Shown: positions 18,297 to 27,662, counted from the stretch's first letter. The stretch: 32,000 nt of DNA from Zymomonas mobilis subsp. mobilis ATCC 10988 (GCF_000175255.2 NC_017262.1:480001-512000), one strand, 5' to 3'. Notes: generated from the sequence alone by a model not told the origin. Program-made: numbers and translations.

Positions 18297-18782
18297 ATGT
18301 CCGAATCTATCGATGCGTTTGAAGCTGGCAACATTACCGTGAAATCATTGATGGATAAAGCCCGCACCGCTGCGCGCCAATCCTACTCTCCCTATTCTGC
18401 TTTTGCAGTGGGTGCCGCCCTTTTACTCAAAGATGGCAGCGTGATTACCGGCACGAATTTTGAAAATGCCAGCTATGGTCTTACCCTCTGCGCTGAAACG
18501 GTTGCGGTTGCAACGGCCAATACAGTGGGTCACCTCGCCCATATCAGAGCAATTGCCATTTGTGGAGGGAAATTCGACGAAGACCGTTTTATCGGCCACG
18601 ATATCATTTATCCTTGTGGACGTTGCCGTCAGGTTTTAAACGAAGCGGCAGAAATAGGCCATTATGACATAATGGTCTATTGCGGTTCAGCTGAAGGTTC
18701 CGAAATCGAACCCCATCGGCTCTCGACTTTATTACCTCATAGCTTTGGGCCCAAAAATCTAACTTCTCCGAAAAACGACTAA
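18297..18782 (+). CDS. cdd: Cytidine deaminase
   Basis: YSPYSAFAVGAALL, NFENASYGLTLCAETVA, IIYPCGRCRQVLNE zinc-binding motifs. Confidence 0.95.
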   Translation: MSESIDAFEAGNITVKSLMDKARTAARQSYSPYSAFAVGAALLLKDGSVITGTNFENASYGLTLCAETVAVATANTVGHLAHIRAIAICGGKFDEDRFIGHDIIYPCGRCRQVLNEAAEIGHYDIMVYCGSAEGSEIEPHRLSTLLPHSFGPKNLTSPKND

Positions 18783-18835
18783 TTCACATCAAAACACCTG
18801 AAATTTGCTTAGAATCTTAGAAAAGGAATATATGC

Positions 18836-19390
18836 ATGTCGATCATGGCTGACCGCTGGATACGCGAGCAGGCTCAAAAACACGGAATGATTGAGCCATT
18901 TGTTGAAAGCCAGCGTAGAGGCGGCTGTATCAGCTATGGATTATCGTCTTATGGTTATGATGCCCGCGTCGCTGACGAATTTAAAATTTTTACCAACGTC
19001 AATTCTGCGACGGTTGATCCGAAAAATTTTGATTCAAGCAGCTTCGTTGATCGTAAAACCGATGTTTGCATCATTCCGCCAAACAGTTTTGCTTTGGCTC
19101 GGACAGTCGAATATTTCCGTATTCCCAAAGATGTGTTGGTTATTTGCCTTGGGAAATCGACCTATGCCCGCTGCGGCATTATCGTCAATGTCACGCCGCT
19201 TGAACCGGGCTGGGAAGGCCATGTAACGCTAGAATTTTCCAATACCACGCCGCTTCCGGCCAAAATATATGCCGGTGAAGGCGCTTGCCAATTCTTGTTC
19301 TTACAAGGCAACGAACCTTGCGAGGTTAGCTATTCTGATCGTTCCGGAAAATATATGGGGCAGCGGGGCGTTACCCTCCCCCGCCTCTAA
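18836..19390 (+). CDS. dcd: dCTP deaminase
   Basis: [75 protein letters not shown]. Confidence 0.97.
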   Translation: MSIMADRWIREQAQKHGMIEPFVESQRRGGCISYGLSSYGYDARVADEFKIFTNVNSATVDPKNFDSSSFVDRKTDVCIIPPNSFALARTVEYFRIPKDVLVICLGKSTYARCGIIVNVTPLEPGWEGHVTLEFSNTTPLPAKIYAGEGACQFLFLQGNEPCEVSYSDRSGKYMGQRGVTLPRL

Positions 19391-19404
19391 GAATCTTCAA
19401 GACC

Positions 19405-19427
19405 GGAAGGGGCATAACCGCCCCTTC
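19405..19427. terminator. Possible shared terminator-like hairpin between convergent dcd and ybaB-like genes
   Basis: GGAAGGG (19405-19411) / CCCTTCC (19421-19427) between stop codons; the following T content is weak. Confidence 0.4.
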
Positions 19428-19441
19428 CCTCTTATATAAAT

Positions 19442-19774
19442 TTAAAGCGGTAAATTCATTCCGGGGGGTAAAGGCATCCCTTGGGTCATTTTAGACATTT
19501 CAGCATTGCTGGCTTCATCAGCCTTAGCTTTAACATCGTTGCAAGCTGCTACAATCAAATCTTCCAGCATTTGCTTTTCAGCTGGCACCAGCAGCGTTTC
19601 GTCAATTTCAACGCCGGTAATCCGGCCTTTAGCCGTAGCCTTGATTTTGACCAAACCTCCGCCAGAAGCACCTTCGACATCAATCGTGTCGAGTTTAGCC
19701 TGAGCTTCTCCCATTTGGTTCTGTAATTGCTGGGCAGCTTCTTGCGCTGCCTTCATCATTTGTTCGAGATCCAT
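19442..19774 (-). CDS. YbaB/EbfC family nucleoid-associated protein
   Basis: MDLEQMMKAAQEAAQQLQNQMGEAQAKLDTIDVEG..GGGLVKIKATAKGRITGVEID; adjacent to dnaX as is common. Confidence 0.95.
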   Translation of the reverse strand: MDLEQMMKAAQEAAQQLQNQMGEAQAKLDTIDVEGASGGGLVKIKATAKGRITGVEIDETLLVPAEKQMLEDLIVAACNDVKAKADEASNAEMSKMTQGMPLPPGMNLPL

Positions 19775-19932
19775 AGCAAAGCCTTTATATTATGAAATTT
19801 CATTTTAGCTTGTGCTGTTTGCTTTAGGAAGAGGCCATGGCTGATGCAAAAATTTTTTGAGGAAAGTTTTCGTCTTCTTTCATAAGACATATTGAGCTTT
19901 AAGATGCCTTCATCTTTACCAAGCCTCTCTAT

Positions 19933-21819
19933 CTATTCATCAGATGACTGCACCCATTCGGCATCAGGAAATGTCTTCAAGACCGCTTGGACAATGGGCG
20001 TATTCAAAATCGCTTTTTGACGGGCTTCTTTTTGGGCTATTTCGGCTTCCCGAAAGCTTGGCTGCCCTTTCCGATCCTGTAAAAATTCAACCTGCCACGC
20101 CTGTCCTGTCAAATTTTTTAGAGCCAAGGATAATTCTTGGCGGGTTTCACCAGATATGCGGCTATGATTTTCCAACAGCAATCGAGGCGGATTATATTCG
20201 ATCAGCCGCCCATAATCTTCCAAGCTATGCCCAAGCAAGGCATGACCATTATCGAAAAGCATTTCTGTCAGTGATTTAAAATCTGGCGGAAAATGAGGAT
20301 TCTTAAGCTTTGCCTCGCTCGCTGGTGCTATCGGTATAGCCGATGGCCTTGGCTGGTTTTCCGGTAATTCAGAAAATTTCTGATTACCTTCGACAGGATA
20401 ACCACTGGCCGCCACCCGGCTATTATTATCGTCATCGAAAGGAGAAAAATCTTTTTTTTCAGTCGATTGCAACGATTTTGAAAAATCATTCCTGTTTTTC
20501 GGTAAGGCTTCTTTTTCCTGAGATCCCGACGAGTTTACCGGTTTAAAAGTGTTTTTTTTTACGTCGCCCGCCTTTATGTCTTGAAAAGAAGAGGTCGGCA
20601 GAGCCAATCGGTTATCTTCTGGTGAAGGTGATAAATTCGGCGAAACGCTTCCCTGTTTTTTTAACTGGGCAATAATCGTTGCAGGATCAGGAAGCTGGCT
20701 CGCATGAATTACCCGAAGCAAAGCCATTTCTGCCGCTTCCAAGGGTAAAACTGCGTTTTGAACTTCGGAATGGCCTTTTAATAAAAGCTGCCACAAACGA
20801 TGAAGCACCGGAAAAGACAGTTTTTTCCCTAATTCAGCCAGCCAAATTTCTTCTTCTGTCGGATGAAGGGTCAGATTATCAGGCCGCCCCATTTTGCTGC
20901 GGGTAATGGCATGAATAAGCTGTAACAAGCCATGCAACAAGGCTTCCGGTTCTACGCCTAGATCATATTGAGCTTTAACATGATCGAGAACATGATCGCC
21001 TTTTCCTTCCAGCAAATCAACTAGCAAGGATTTAATAACACCGCGATCAGACAGCCCCAGCATTTCACGGACATCGGCCGCTAAAATACTACCAGAACTA
21101 TGGGCAATTGCCTGATCGAGAATGGACAGGCCGTCACGTACTGAACCTTCAGCTGCCTTGGCGATCATAGCCAAAGCTTCTTCTTCGGCTTCCACTTGTT
21201 CCAACTGGACAACTTTTGAAAAATAATCCGTTAGAGTAGCCGTGGATATCCGCCGCAAATCAAAACGCTGGCAACGGGATAAAACCGTAATCGGCACTTT
21301 ATTGATTTCTGTCGTGGCGAATAAGAATTTTACATGAGCAGGCGGTTCTTCCAATGTTTTCAATAATGCGTTGAACGCACTTTTTGAAAGCATATGGACT
21401 TCGTCGATAATATAGACCTTGAAACGGGCGGATACCGAAGCATAGCGCACAGATTCAACAATATCGCGGATATCATCTACCCCAGTATGGGATGCGGCAT
21501 CCATTTCAACCACGTCAATATGACGCCCTTCGGCAATAGCGCGACAGGCCTCGCATTCTCCGCAAGGATCAATCGTCATTCCACCATGGCCGTCTTTCCC
21601 GACGCAGTTCAAGGCTTTGGCGATCAATCGCGCTGTAGAGGTCTTTCCAACGCCTCTGACTCCCGTCAACAGAAAGGCATGAGCCAAACGGTCGCGGGCA
21701 ATCGCATTCCCCAACGTCCGCACCATCGCATCCTGACCAATCAGATCAGAAAATTTCTGGGGACGATATTTACGGGCGAGAACCCGATAGGGCGTTGCCA
21801 GAGAGGAAGAATCAACCAT
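19933..21819 (-). CDS. dnaX: DNA polymerase III subunits gamma/tau
   Basis: YRVLARKYRPQKFSDLIGQDAMVRTLGNAI, LTGVRGVGKTSTARLIAKALNC, four-Cys zinc module, VYIIDEVHMLSKSAFNALLKTLEEPP. Confidence 0.98.
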   Translation of the reverse strand: MVDSSSLATPYRVLARKYRPQKFSDLIGQDAMVRTLGNAIARDRLAHAFLLTGVRGVGKTSTARLIAKALNCVGKDGHGGMTIDPCGECEACRAIAEGRHIDVVEMDAASHTGVDDIRDIVESVRYASVSARFKVYIIDEVHMLSKSAFNALLKTLEEPPAHVKFLFATTEINKVPITVLSRCQRFDLRRISTATLTDYFSKVVQLEQVEAEEEALAMIAKAAEGSVRDGLSILDQAIAHSSGSILAADVREMLGLSDRGVIKSLLVDLLEGKGDHVLDHVKAQYDLGVEPEALLHGLLQLIHAITRSKMGRPDNLTLHPTEEEIWLAELGKKLSFPVLHRLWQLLLKGHSEVQNAVLPLEAAEMALLRVIHASQLPDPATIIAQLKKQGSVSPNLSPSPEDNRLALPTSSFQDIKAGDVKKNTFKPVNSSGSQEKEALPKNRNDFSKSLQSTEKKDFSPFDDDNNSRVAASGYPVEGNQKFSELPENQPRPSAIPIAPASEAKLKNPHFPPDFKSLTEMLFDNGHALLGHSLEDYGRLIEYNPPRLLLENHSRISGETRQELSLALKNLTGQAWQVEFLQDRKGQPSFREAEIAQKEARQKAILNTPIVQAVLKTFPDAEWVQSSDE

Positions 21820-22176
21820 AGGACGAAGTTAATGCATAATATGGGGCAGGAAAGCGACTGAAATATTTTTCAGTCCATCATTCTTATCCGGCTTTAAAAG
21901 GACATCTATCCGAAACGGAATAAAAGCGCGATTATCAAGGATAAAGAAAAAAGGAATTTTTAGAAATTTTTAAGACGTGGAAGCCGGAACGACCCGATAC
22001 AAATTCGTTACGGCTGCTTCCTTCCGGACCTGACCGGGTTGGCGACAGCACCGTCCGCCCGACTTCCACTATCGCCTATGAAACATTCAGACGGGGTTTG
22101 CAAGCCCGTAACAACGGAAAATTATCAATCAAGACAGATATTTCCCAAAAAAACGGCCTGCTTCCATCGGCTCTTT

Positions 22177-22491
22177 TTAGAAATCTTGTGGGAAATAGAC
22201 CGTAAAATGCTGGCAATCCGGCAAATAAACTTGACAAGCCAAGCGAGAAGTCGGCTCCACATCAAAAGCCAAATCCAACATATCTTCTTCAATATCCGAA
22301 GCGGCCTCAAGCTGGCGAAAATTGTCAGCCTCTATCACGACATGGCAAGTTGCACAGGTTAAGGCACCCTCACAAGTGCCTTCAATCGGCAGACCGGCTT
22401 TATGGATAACATCCAATAATTTATCACCCTTTTCGGCTTGGCAGGTGATTTTTTTCTGCTGCTGATCAATGAACAAGACAGTTACAGACAT
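22177..22491 (-). CDS. Adrenodoxin-type [2Fe-2S] ferredoxin
   Basis: Cluster motif CEGALTCATCHVVI with a distal SRLACQV cysteine. Confidence 0.92.
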   Translation of the reverse strand: MSVTVLFIDQQQKKITCQAEKGDKLLDVIHKAGLPIEGTCEGALTCATCHVVIEADNFRQLEAASDIEEDMLDLAFDVEPTSRLACQVYLPDCQHFTVYFPQDF

Positions 22492-22500
22492 GACATTTCC

Positions 22501-23616
22501 TTAACTCAAAAAACGCCGCTGTTTTTCCGCAGCTTCTCTAATATATCCCAAGCCGGAAAGTAGTTCTTCTTCCGTTGTATATCGACCGAAACCGATACGG
22601 ATGCTTCCCCTCACCGCTTTTTGAGACAACCCCAAGGCTTTTAAAACATGGCTGGGGCGACCATCGCCACTTGAACAAGCCGAACCCGCCGAAAAAGCCA
22701 CTTGGCGGGCATCACTTATCAGGCGGCTGGAATCGATACCTTCTTGATGAATGTTAAAATTACCGAGCCAACGCTGATCTTCCGAGCCATTGATGATCCA
22801 ATCTGGCATTTCTGCTTTAGCTAAAGCGAATAAAGCCGCCACATGGCTTTGATCTTTTGCCTGTTGTTGCTGCGCCAAAGCGGCGGCAGCACCAAAGGCC
22901 GCAGACAAAGCCGGACTAAGAGTTCCAGAGCGGAATCCTTCTTGCTGATGCCCGCCATGTAAAAGAGGCGTTAAAGTAATATCTTTTTTAAACCATAATG
23001 CCCCGACACCTATCGGTGCATGAATTTTGTGGCCTGACAAAGCGATCATGTCACAGCCCTCTGGCAAGGCTAAACGCCCATAGCCTTGGACAGCATCCAA
23101 CAGGAAATACGCCCCAACCTGACGGGCTAATTTTGCTAATTCGGCGATAGGCTGAATAACGCCGATTTCATTATTGACGAACATCGCCGTCACAAGGGCG
23201 GTCTTGTCATCAATCGCAGCCGCAGCCTTTTCCAGATCAACCAAGCCATCAGAATGAACAGGCAAAAGCACAATCTCTGCACCCAAACGGGCTAAATAGC
23301 CTAGGCTATCTAATGTCGCGGCATGTTCAGTTGCCAATGTCACAATTTTACGGCGGGTATTTTTCCCAGAAAACCACAACCCCTTTATCGCCATGTTAAG
23401 GGCTTCGGTTGCACCCGACGTAAAAACCAGATTCCCTGCCTCGCTTTCGGGTATCAAAGCGGTGATCTGGTCTTTAGCGATGGCAACGGCCGCAGCCGCT
23501 TTTTTTCCTATCCGATGGGGAGAATGCGGATTAGCGCCACCATCCAGCCAAGGCAGCATCGCTGCTTTGGCTTCGGGTGCCATGGGGGTCGTGGCTTGAT
23601 AGTCTAGGTAAATCAT
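22501..23616 (-). CDS. Cysteine desulfurase (NifS/IscS-like class V aminotransferase)
   Basis: MIYLDYQATTPMAPEA, TSGATEALNMAIKG, SGHKIHAPIGVGALWFKK (PLP lysine), SAGSACSSGDGRPSHVL. Confidence 0.95.
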   Translation of the reverse strand: MIYLDYQATTPMAPEAKAAMLPWLDGGANPHSPHRIGKKAAAAVAIAKDQITALIPESEAGNLVFTSGATEALNMAIKGLWFSGKNTRRKIVTLATEHAATLDSLGYLARLGAEIVLLPVHSDGLVDLEKAAAAIDDKTALVTAMFVNNEIGVIQPIAELAKLARQVGAYFLLDAVQGYGRLALPEGCDMIALSGHKIHAPIGVGALWFKKDITLTPLLHGGHQQEGFRSGTLSPALSAAFGAAAALAQQQQAKDQSHVAALFALAKAEMPDWIINGSEDQRWLGNFNIHQEGIDSSRLISDARQVAFSAGSACSSGDGRPSHVLKALGLSQKAVRGSIRIGFGRYTTEEELLSGLGYIREAAEKQRRFLS

Positions 23617-23899
23617 CTAGCGTAATCTTTAAAAAATCTGGAAAGAAAGGCTTGTTCTACAAGATTCTCTTTATCCAATGACAGTGCATAAAAACAATAT
23701 TTTTAAAAAGAAAAAACAAGATAGTTTCTTTACTCTAAAAGGATAACAGTGATTAAAAAATCACTTTATTTAAAAATATTATTTCTTAAAAATTAAAATT
23801 TATTTTCCATCTTCTAAAAAATATCATTTAAAATAATAGTATAATTATAACAACGGGAATAGAAAAAACACTCTATAATCGACAGGGTGTTGATATCTA

Positions 23900-24000
23900 C
23901 CTTGCCCTTAACCCTATGACAGGGTAAGGATAAAAAATACGCAAGGCCATCCTTCCACGGGTGGCCATTTTCTTATGCAGGCCTCGCCGTAACGGGGTGC
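23900..24000 (+). ncRNA. Candidate structured 5' leader of the DUF1013 gene (three consecutive predicted hairpins)
   Basis: CCTTGCCCT/AGGGTAAGG (23900-23929), GGCCATCC/GGGTGGCC (23945-23966) and GCA..CC..CCGtaaCGG..GG..TGC (23977-24000), between a TATAAT at 23874-23879 and AGGAG at 24008-24012. Confidence 0.45.
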
Positions 24001-24021
24001 AATATTCAGGAGAATTTTGCT

Positions 24022-24708
24022 GTGGCCCAGCCGCTTATGCCTCATGCGACAGCCTCATGGCTTGTCGATAATAGCTCACTTACTTTTGAACAGATTGCCA
24101 ATTTTTGCGGTCTTCATATTCTTGAAGTTCAGGCGATTGCCGATGATACCGCTGCTACGAAATTAGCAGGTCGCGATCCGGTTCGTGCAGGTGAGCTAAC
24201 TTTAGAAGAAATCGAAAAAGGTCAGAAAGACCCGAATTACCGTCTGGTTATCCAGCTTCCCCCTGAACAAAACCGTCGCCCGAAAGGGCCCCGCTACACA
24301 CCGATTTCACGGCGTCAGAATAAACCCGATGGTATTGCATGGATTATTGCTAACCATCCCAAGGTGACGGATGGCCAGATTTCAAAACTGATCGGAACGA
24401 CCCGCGAAACGATTGCCAAAATTCGCAATCGTACGCATTACAATATGATCAATATTGTTCCAAAAGATCCGGTCACCTTAGGTCTCACGACCCAGCGCGA
24501 ATTAAACGCGATTATTGCCAAAGTGGAAAAGGATAAAGAAGAGGAAACCTCTCCTTTTGACGCAACCTTGGCGGGTGAGCGCGAAGCTATGATCCGTTAT
24601 CTGCATCGCAAACGTGAAAATCAGGAACGGACGGCAGAAGAAATTCATGCCAGCGAAGGCGAAAGCCAATATAAAGGCTTTGTTGATCCTTTCACCAAGA
24701 AGCAATAA
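24022..24708 (+). CDS. DUF1013 family protein (TrcR-like cell-cycle transcriptional regulator)
   Basis: GTG start with AGGAG upstream; MPHATASWLVDNSSLTFEQIANFCGLHILEVQAIAD, GIAWIIANHPKVTDGQISKLIGTTRETIAKIRNRTHYNM. Confidence 0.88.
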   Translation: MAQPLMPHATASWLVDNSSLTFEQIANFCGLHILEVQAIADDTAATKLAGRDPVRAGELTLEEIEKGQKDPNYRLVIQLPPEQNRRPKGPRYTPISRRQNKPDGIAWIIANHPKVTDGQISKLIGTTRETIAKIRNRTHYNMINIVPKDPVTLGLTTQRELNAIIAKVEKDKEEETSPFDATLAGEREAMIRYLHRKRENQERTAEEIHASEGESQYKGFVDPFTKKQ

Positions 24709-24784
24709 GGGAAAGGCAAGTTTTCGGGATAAAGGCGGTAAAAATCGTCTTTTCTTCCCGAAAGTCCTGTCTGATCATACGTAG

Positions 24785-25030
24785 ATGAGCCAAGAAAAAA
24801 ACATATCGGAATTGAGCTTCGAAGAAGCCTTGAAAAAGCTCGAAGAGATTGTCCGCCGCCTCGAAAGCGGGGATACAACCCTCGAAGACTCTATCCAGAT
24901 GTATAGTCAGGGCGATGCATTGAAAAAACAATGCGAAGCACGGCTGAAAGCGGCACAGAAAAAAATCGAACAGATCAGTCTCGATCAGGACGGAAGGGCA
25001 ACAGGAACTAGTCCTTTCGATGCGGAGTAA
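24785..25030 (+). CDS. xseB: Exodeoxyribonuclease VII small subunit
   Basis: [55 protein letters not shown]. Confidence 0.95.
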
Positions 25031-25039
25031 ATAATAGAT

Positions 25040-25936
25040 ATGGCAGTTAATCTTAAGACCATGATGGAACAGGTCGCTCAGGATATTGACCGGCTTTTTG
25101 CTGAACAATTACCGGTTCCAGAAGACCCCCGTCGCCGCTTGGTAGAGGCCATGCGCTATGCCGCAATCGGTGGCGGAAAAAGACTGCGTCCTCTTCTGGT
25201 TGTCGCCACCTGCGCCTTGTTCAATGTCGATCGCGAAGCCGCTTTACGGGTCGGCATGGCTATCGAATGTATCCATGTCTATTCTTTGATTCATGATGAC
25301 ATGCCCTGCATGGACAATGATGATTTGCGGCGTGGCAAACCCACTGTTCATAAAGCCTTTGATGATGCTTCTGCGGTTCTTTCAGGTGACGCGCTTCAGG
25401 CTTTGGCTTTTGAAATTCTTTCAGAAGAAAAAATCCATACCGATCCCCATGTTCGGCTGGAATTGATTCAGGCTTTGGCTATCGCCTCCGGTAAAGACGG
25501 TATGGTCGGTGGACAGGCCATCGATTTGGCCGCAGAAACCTCGACGGTGCCTTTTGATCTTCCGACCATCACCCGCTTGCAACAGCTTAAAACCGGCGCC
25601 TTATTCGGTTTTTGTTTAGAAGCTGGTGCTATCATGGGTCGTCAGAATAAAGACATCCGTGATCGTCTGAAGGCCTATGCCCGTGATATCGGTCTTGCTT
25701 TCCAGATTGCTGATGATCTGATCGATGCCGAAGGTGACGAAGCCGTTGCCGGAAAAGCAGTCGGTAAAGATGCTGCCGCCGGAAAAGCGACCTTCCTGTC
25801 TCTGTTAGGTCTCGAAAAAGCCCGCTCACAGGCACAGGCATTGGTCGATCAGGCGATTGCTCATCTGTCTGTTTTCGGATCAGAAGCCGATTATTTACGG
25901 AGTATTGCTCGCTATATCGTAGCGCGCGATCACTAA
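25040..25936 (+). CDS. ispA: Geranylgeranyl/farnesyl diphosphate synthase-type polyprenyl synthetase
   Basis: GGGKRLRPLLV, SLIHDDMPCMDNDDLRRGKPTVHKAF, FQIADDLID; immediately downstream of xseB. Confidence 0.95.
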   Translation: MAVNLKTMMEQVAQDIDRLFAEQLPVPEDPRRRLVEAMRYAAIGGGKRLRPLLVVATCALFNVDREAALRVGMAIECIHVYSLIHDDMPCMDNDDLRRGKPTVHKAFDDASAVLSGDALQALAFEILSEEKIHTDPHVRLELIQALAIASGKDGMVGGQAIDLAAETSTVPFDLPTITRLQQLKTGALFGFCLEAGAIMGRQNKDIRDRLKAYARDIGLAFQIADDLIDAEGDEAVAGKAVGKDAAAGKATFLSLLGLEKARSQAQALVDQAIAHLSVFGSEADYLRSIARYIVARDH

Positions 25937-26019
25937 ATTTTACGTATCAGCCTCTTTTGACAGCAAAAAATCTTGAAAAAGTTTTTTGCTGTCAGGAGTG
26001 TGAAGGGAAATGTTGTGAT

Positions 26020-26556
26020 ATGGACGCTCTCTCTCCGAAAAAGCAGCCCATTGCGCTTTATCCCGGTACTTTTGACCCTGTCACGCTAGGTCATCTTGAT
26101 ATTATCCGGCGCGGCGCTCGTATCTTCGACCATCTTATTATTGCAGTTGCTGAGAATCCGGGGAAATCGCCGCTTTTCTCATCAGAAGAGCGGGCTTCCA
26201 TGATCCGTCATGAAATAAGCCGCCTCGAAAACCCAACAAAAAGCCGTATCGAAGTTATCATCTATAACTCTTTGCTGATGGATTGCGTCGAAAGCCAAGG
26301 CGCATCGGTTATTCTAAGGGGTTTGCGTGCGGTTGCCGATTTTGAATATGAATATCAAATGGCGGGCATGAACCAGCAAATAAATAATAAAATCGAAACT
26401 GTCTTTTTGATGGCAGACAGCGTTTTGCAACCTGTTGCTTCCCGTTTGGTCAAGGAAATCGCTTTTTATAATGGCAATATCACGCCTTTTGTGCCGCCTT
26501 ATGTCGCACAAAAATTACAAGAAGCCGTTACAAGAAAAAAATCTTTTCAAGATTAG
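26020..26556 (+). CDS. coaD: Phosphopantetheine adenylyltransferase
   Basis: IALYPGTFDPVTLGHLDIIRRGARIFDHLIIAVAENPGKSPLFSSEERASMI, ILRGLRAVADFEYEYQMAGMN. The conserved N-terminus begins at the ATG at 26020, not 25957. Confidence 0.95.
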   Translation: MDALSPKKQPIALYPGTFDPVTLGHLDIIRRGARIFDHLIIAVAENPGKSPLFSSEERASMIRHEISRLENPTKSRIEVIIYNSLLMDCVESQGASVILRGLRAVADFEYEYQMAGMNQQINNKIETVFLMADSVLQPVASRLVKEIAFYNGNITPFVPPYVAQKLQEAVTRKKSFQD

Positions 26557-26709
26557 AATCTTTGGAATCAGAACGCTTGCAAGCCACAAAGTAAGGTTTT
26601 TATCCATATAACCTTCATCTTTTATCAGGCATAAGGTGACATTCTTTATTCCGAAGGCAAAACCCATCCCGTAACCGCTTTTTCTTTCCTGATAATCAGG
26701 ACAAGACTT

Positions 26710-26738
26710 TTGAAAAGCCTGTCCGATATGTCTATAAC
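26710..26738 (+). promoter_or_regulatory. sigma70-like promoter upstream of the cyclophilin gene
   Basis: TTGAAA (26710-26715), 17 bp spacer, TATAAC (26733-26738). Confidence 0.4.
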
Positions 26739-26792
26739 TCGGGTGATGATTGCTTAAATTATCAATATACCGTCAAGAAGGATGTTTATACT

Positions 26793-27626
26793 ATGCGCTG
26801 TAAGGGTATTTTAAAAAGCACTAGCGCCATTTTTGTGTTTTTTTTCTTAGCCGCGCCCCTTCTTGCTCAAAAACGTGGAAAAGAAAAAGAACCGGAGCTA
26901 ACGGCGACCCCGCAAGAAATCAGAAAAGTCGTTCAAAAAACGCAACGCCAAGCTCTGCCGGATTTACCCCCCATTCCTGAAATGACGCCTGAAAATACGC
27001 TTAACCTTGATCTTTCAACAGGTGGCCGCGTCGTTATCCAACTTCGCCCTGATAAAGCCCCGAAAAGCGTTGAACGGATTAAAACATTGGTACGGGAAGG
27101 TTTCTATAACGGCCTAAGATTCCACCGCGTTATTGAAGGCTTTATGGCGCAAACTGGTGATCCCAAAGGGGATGGTAGTGGCGGTTCTTCGCTTCCCAAT
27201 CTTCCGGCCGAATTTAACGACATGCCCCATGTCCGTGGGGAAGTCTCTATGGCAAGAGCGCAGGAAAAGGACAGCGCCAACAGCCAATTTTTTATTGTCT
27301 ATCAACCGACTTTCTCTCTTGATGGCGAATATACGCCTATCGGTCGAGTGGTGTCCGGCATGGAATATGTCGATGCGGTAGAAAAAGGTGAACCCCCTGC
27401 CCATCCGTCGATTATTGTCCGTGCTTCTATTGGTTCTGATAAAATCCATCCGCCGACGACTGAAGAAGTCAAGGCAGCCGTTGAAAAACAGGAAGCCATC
27501 AACCTTGCTGAACAACAAAAGCAGGAAGAAGAAGTGCGGCGTAATGCTATGCGCAGCCTTCTTGCCAAATCACGCGCGGCTTCTGCCAATGCAGAACCGC
27601 CGGCGGCTTCCGGCCAATCGCACTAA
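26793..27626 (+). CDS. Exported peptidyl-prolyl cis-trans isomerase (cyclophilin type)
   Basis: Signal-like MRCKGILKSTSAIFVFFFLAAPLLAQ; FYNGLRFHRVIEGFMAQTGDPKGDGSGG, VSMARAQEKDSANSQFFIVYQ. Confidence 0.93.
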   Translation: MRCKGILKSTSAIFVFFFLAAPLLAQKRGKEKEPELTATPQEIRKVVQKTQRQALPDLPPIPEMTPENTLNLDLSTGGRVVIQLRPDKAPKSVERIKTLVREGFYNGLRFHRVIEGFMAQTGDPKGDGSGGSSLPNLPAEFNDMPHVRGEVSMARAQEKDSANSQFFIVYQPTFSLDGEYTPIGRVVSGMEYVDAVEKGEPPAHPSIIVRASIGSDKIHPPTTEEVKAAVEKQEAINLAEQQKQEEEVRRNAMRSLLAKSRAASANAEPPAASGQSH

Positions 27627-27662
27627 TCATAATATCACTGTTTAAAACAGGAACGTCTTTCT

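Noticed and set aside
18891-19226. 111 aa ORF overlapping dcd in another frame
   Set aside because: Dcd is highly conserved across this interval; the alternative frame has no recognisable features.
19944-20279. 111 aa and other plus-strand ORFs opposite dnaX, including 20679-20906 and 21394-21861
   Set aside because: Shadow ORFs of DnaX without independent evidence such as domains or plausible operon context.
22039-22362. 107 aa plus-strand ORF overlapping the antisense of the ferredoxin gene
   Set aside because: Overlaps the strongly supported ferredoxin and has no family signature.
23945-23966. Strong hairpin considered as a tRNA or SRP RNA piece
   Set aside because: No cloverleaf, T-loop GTTCRA or SRP GGAAG-type consensus; better described as a leader hairpin of unknown type.
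25957-26019. Cys-rich N-terminal extension of coaD (MTAKNLEKVFCCQECEGKCCD)
   Set aside because: It resembled a metal-binding motif, but CoaD is complete from ATG 26020 and the TTG start has no support; probable read-through of the intergenic region.
27114-27518. 134 aa minus-strand ORF opposite the cyclophilin gene
   Set aside because: Shadow of a well-supported cyclophilin frame.
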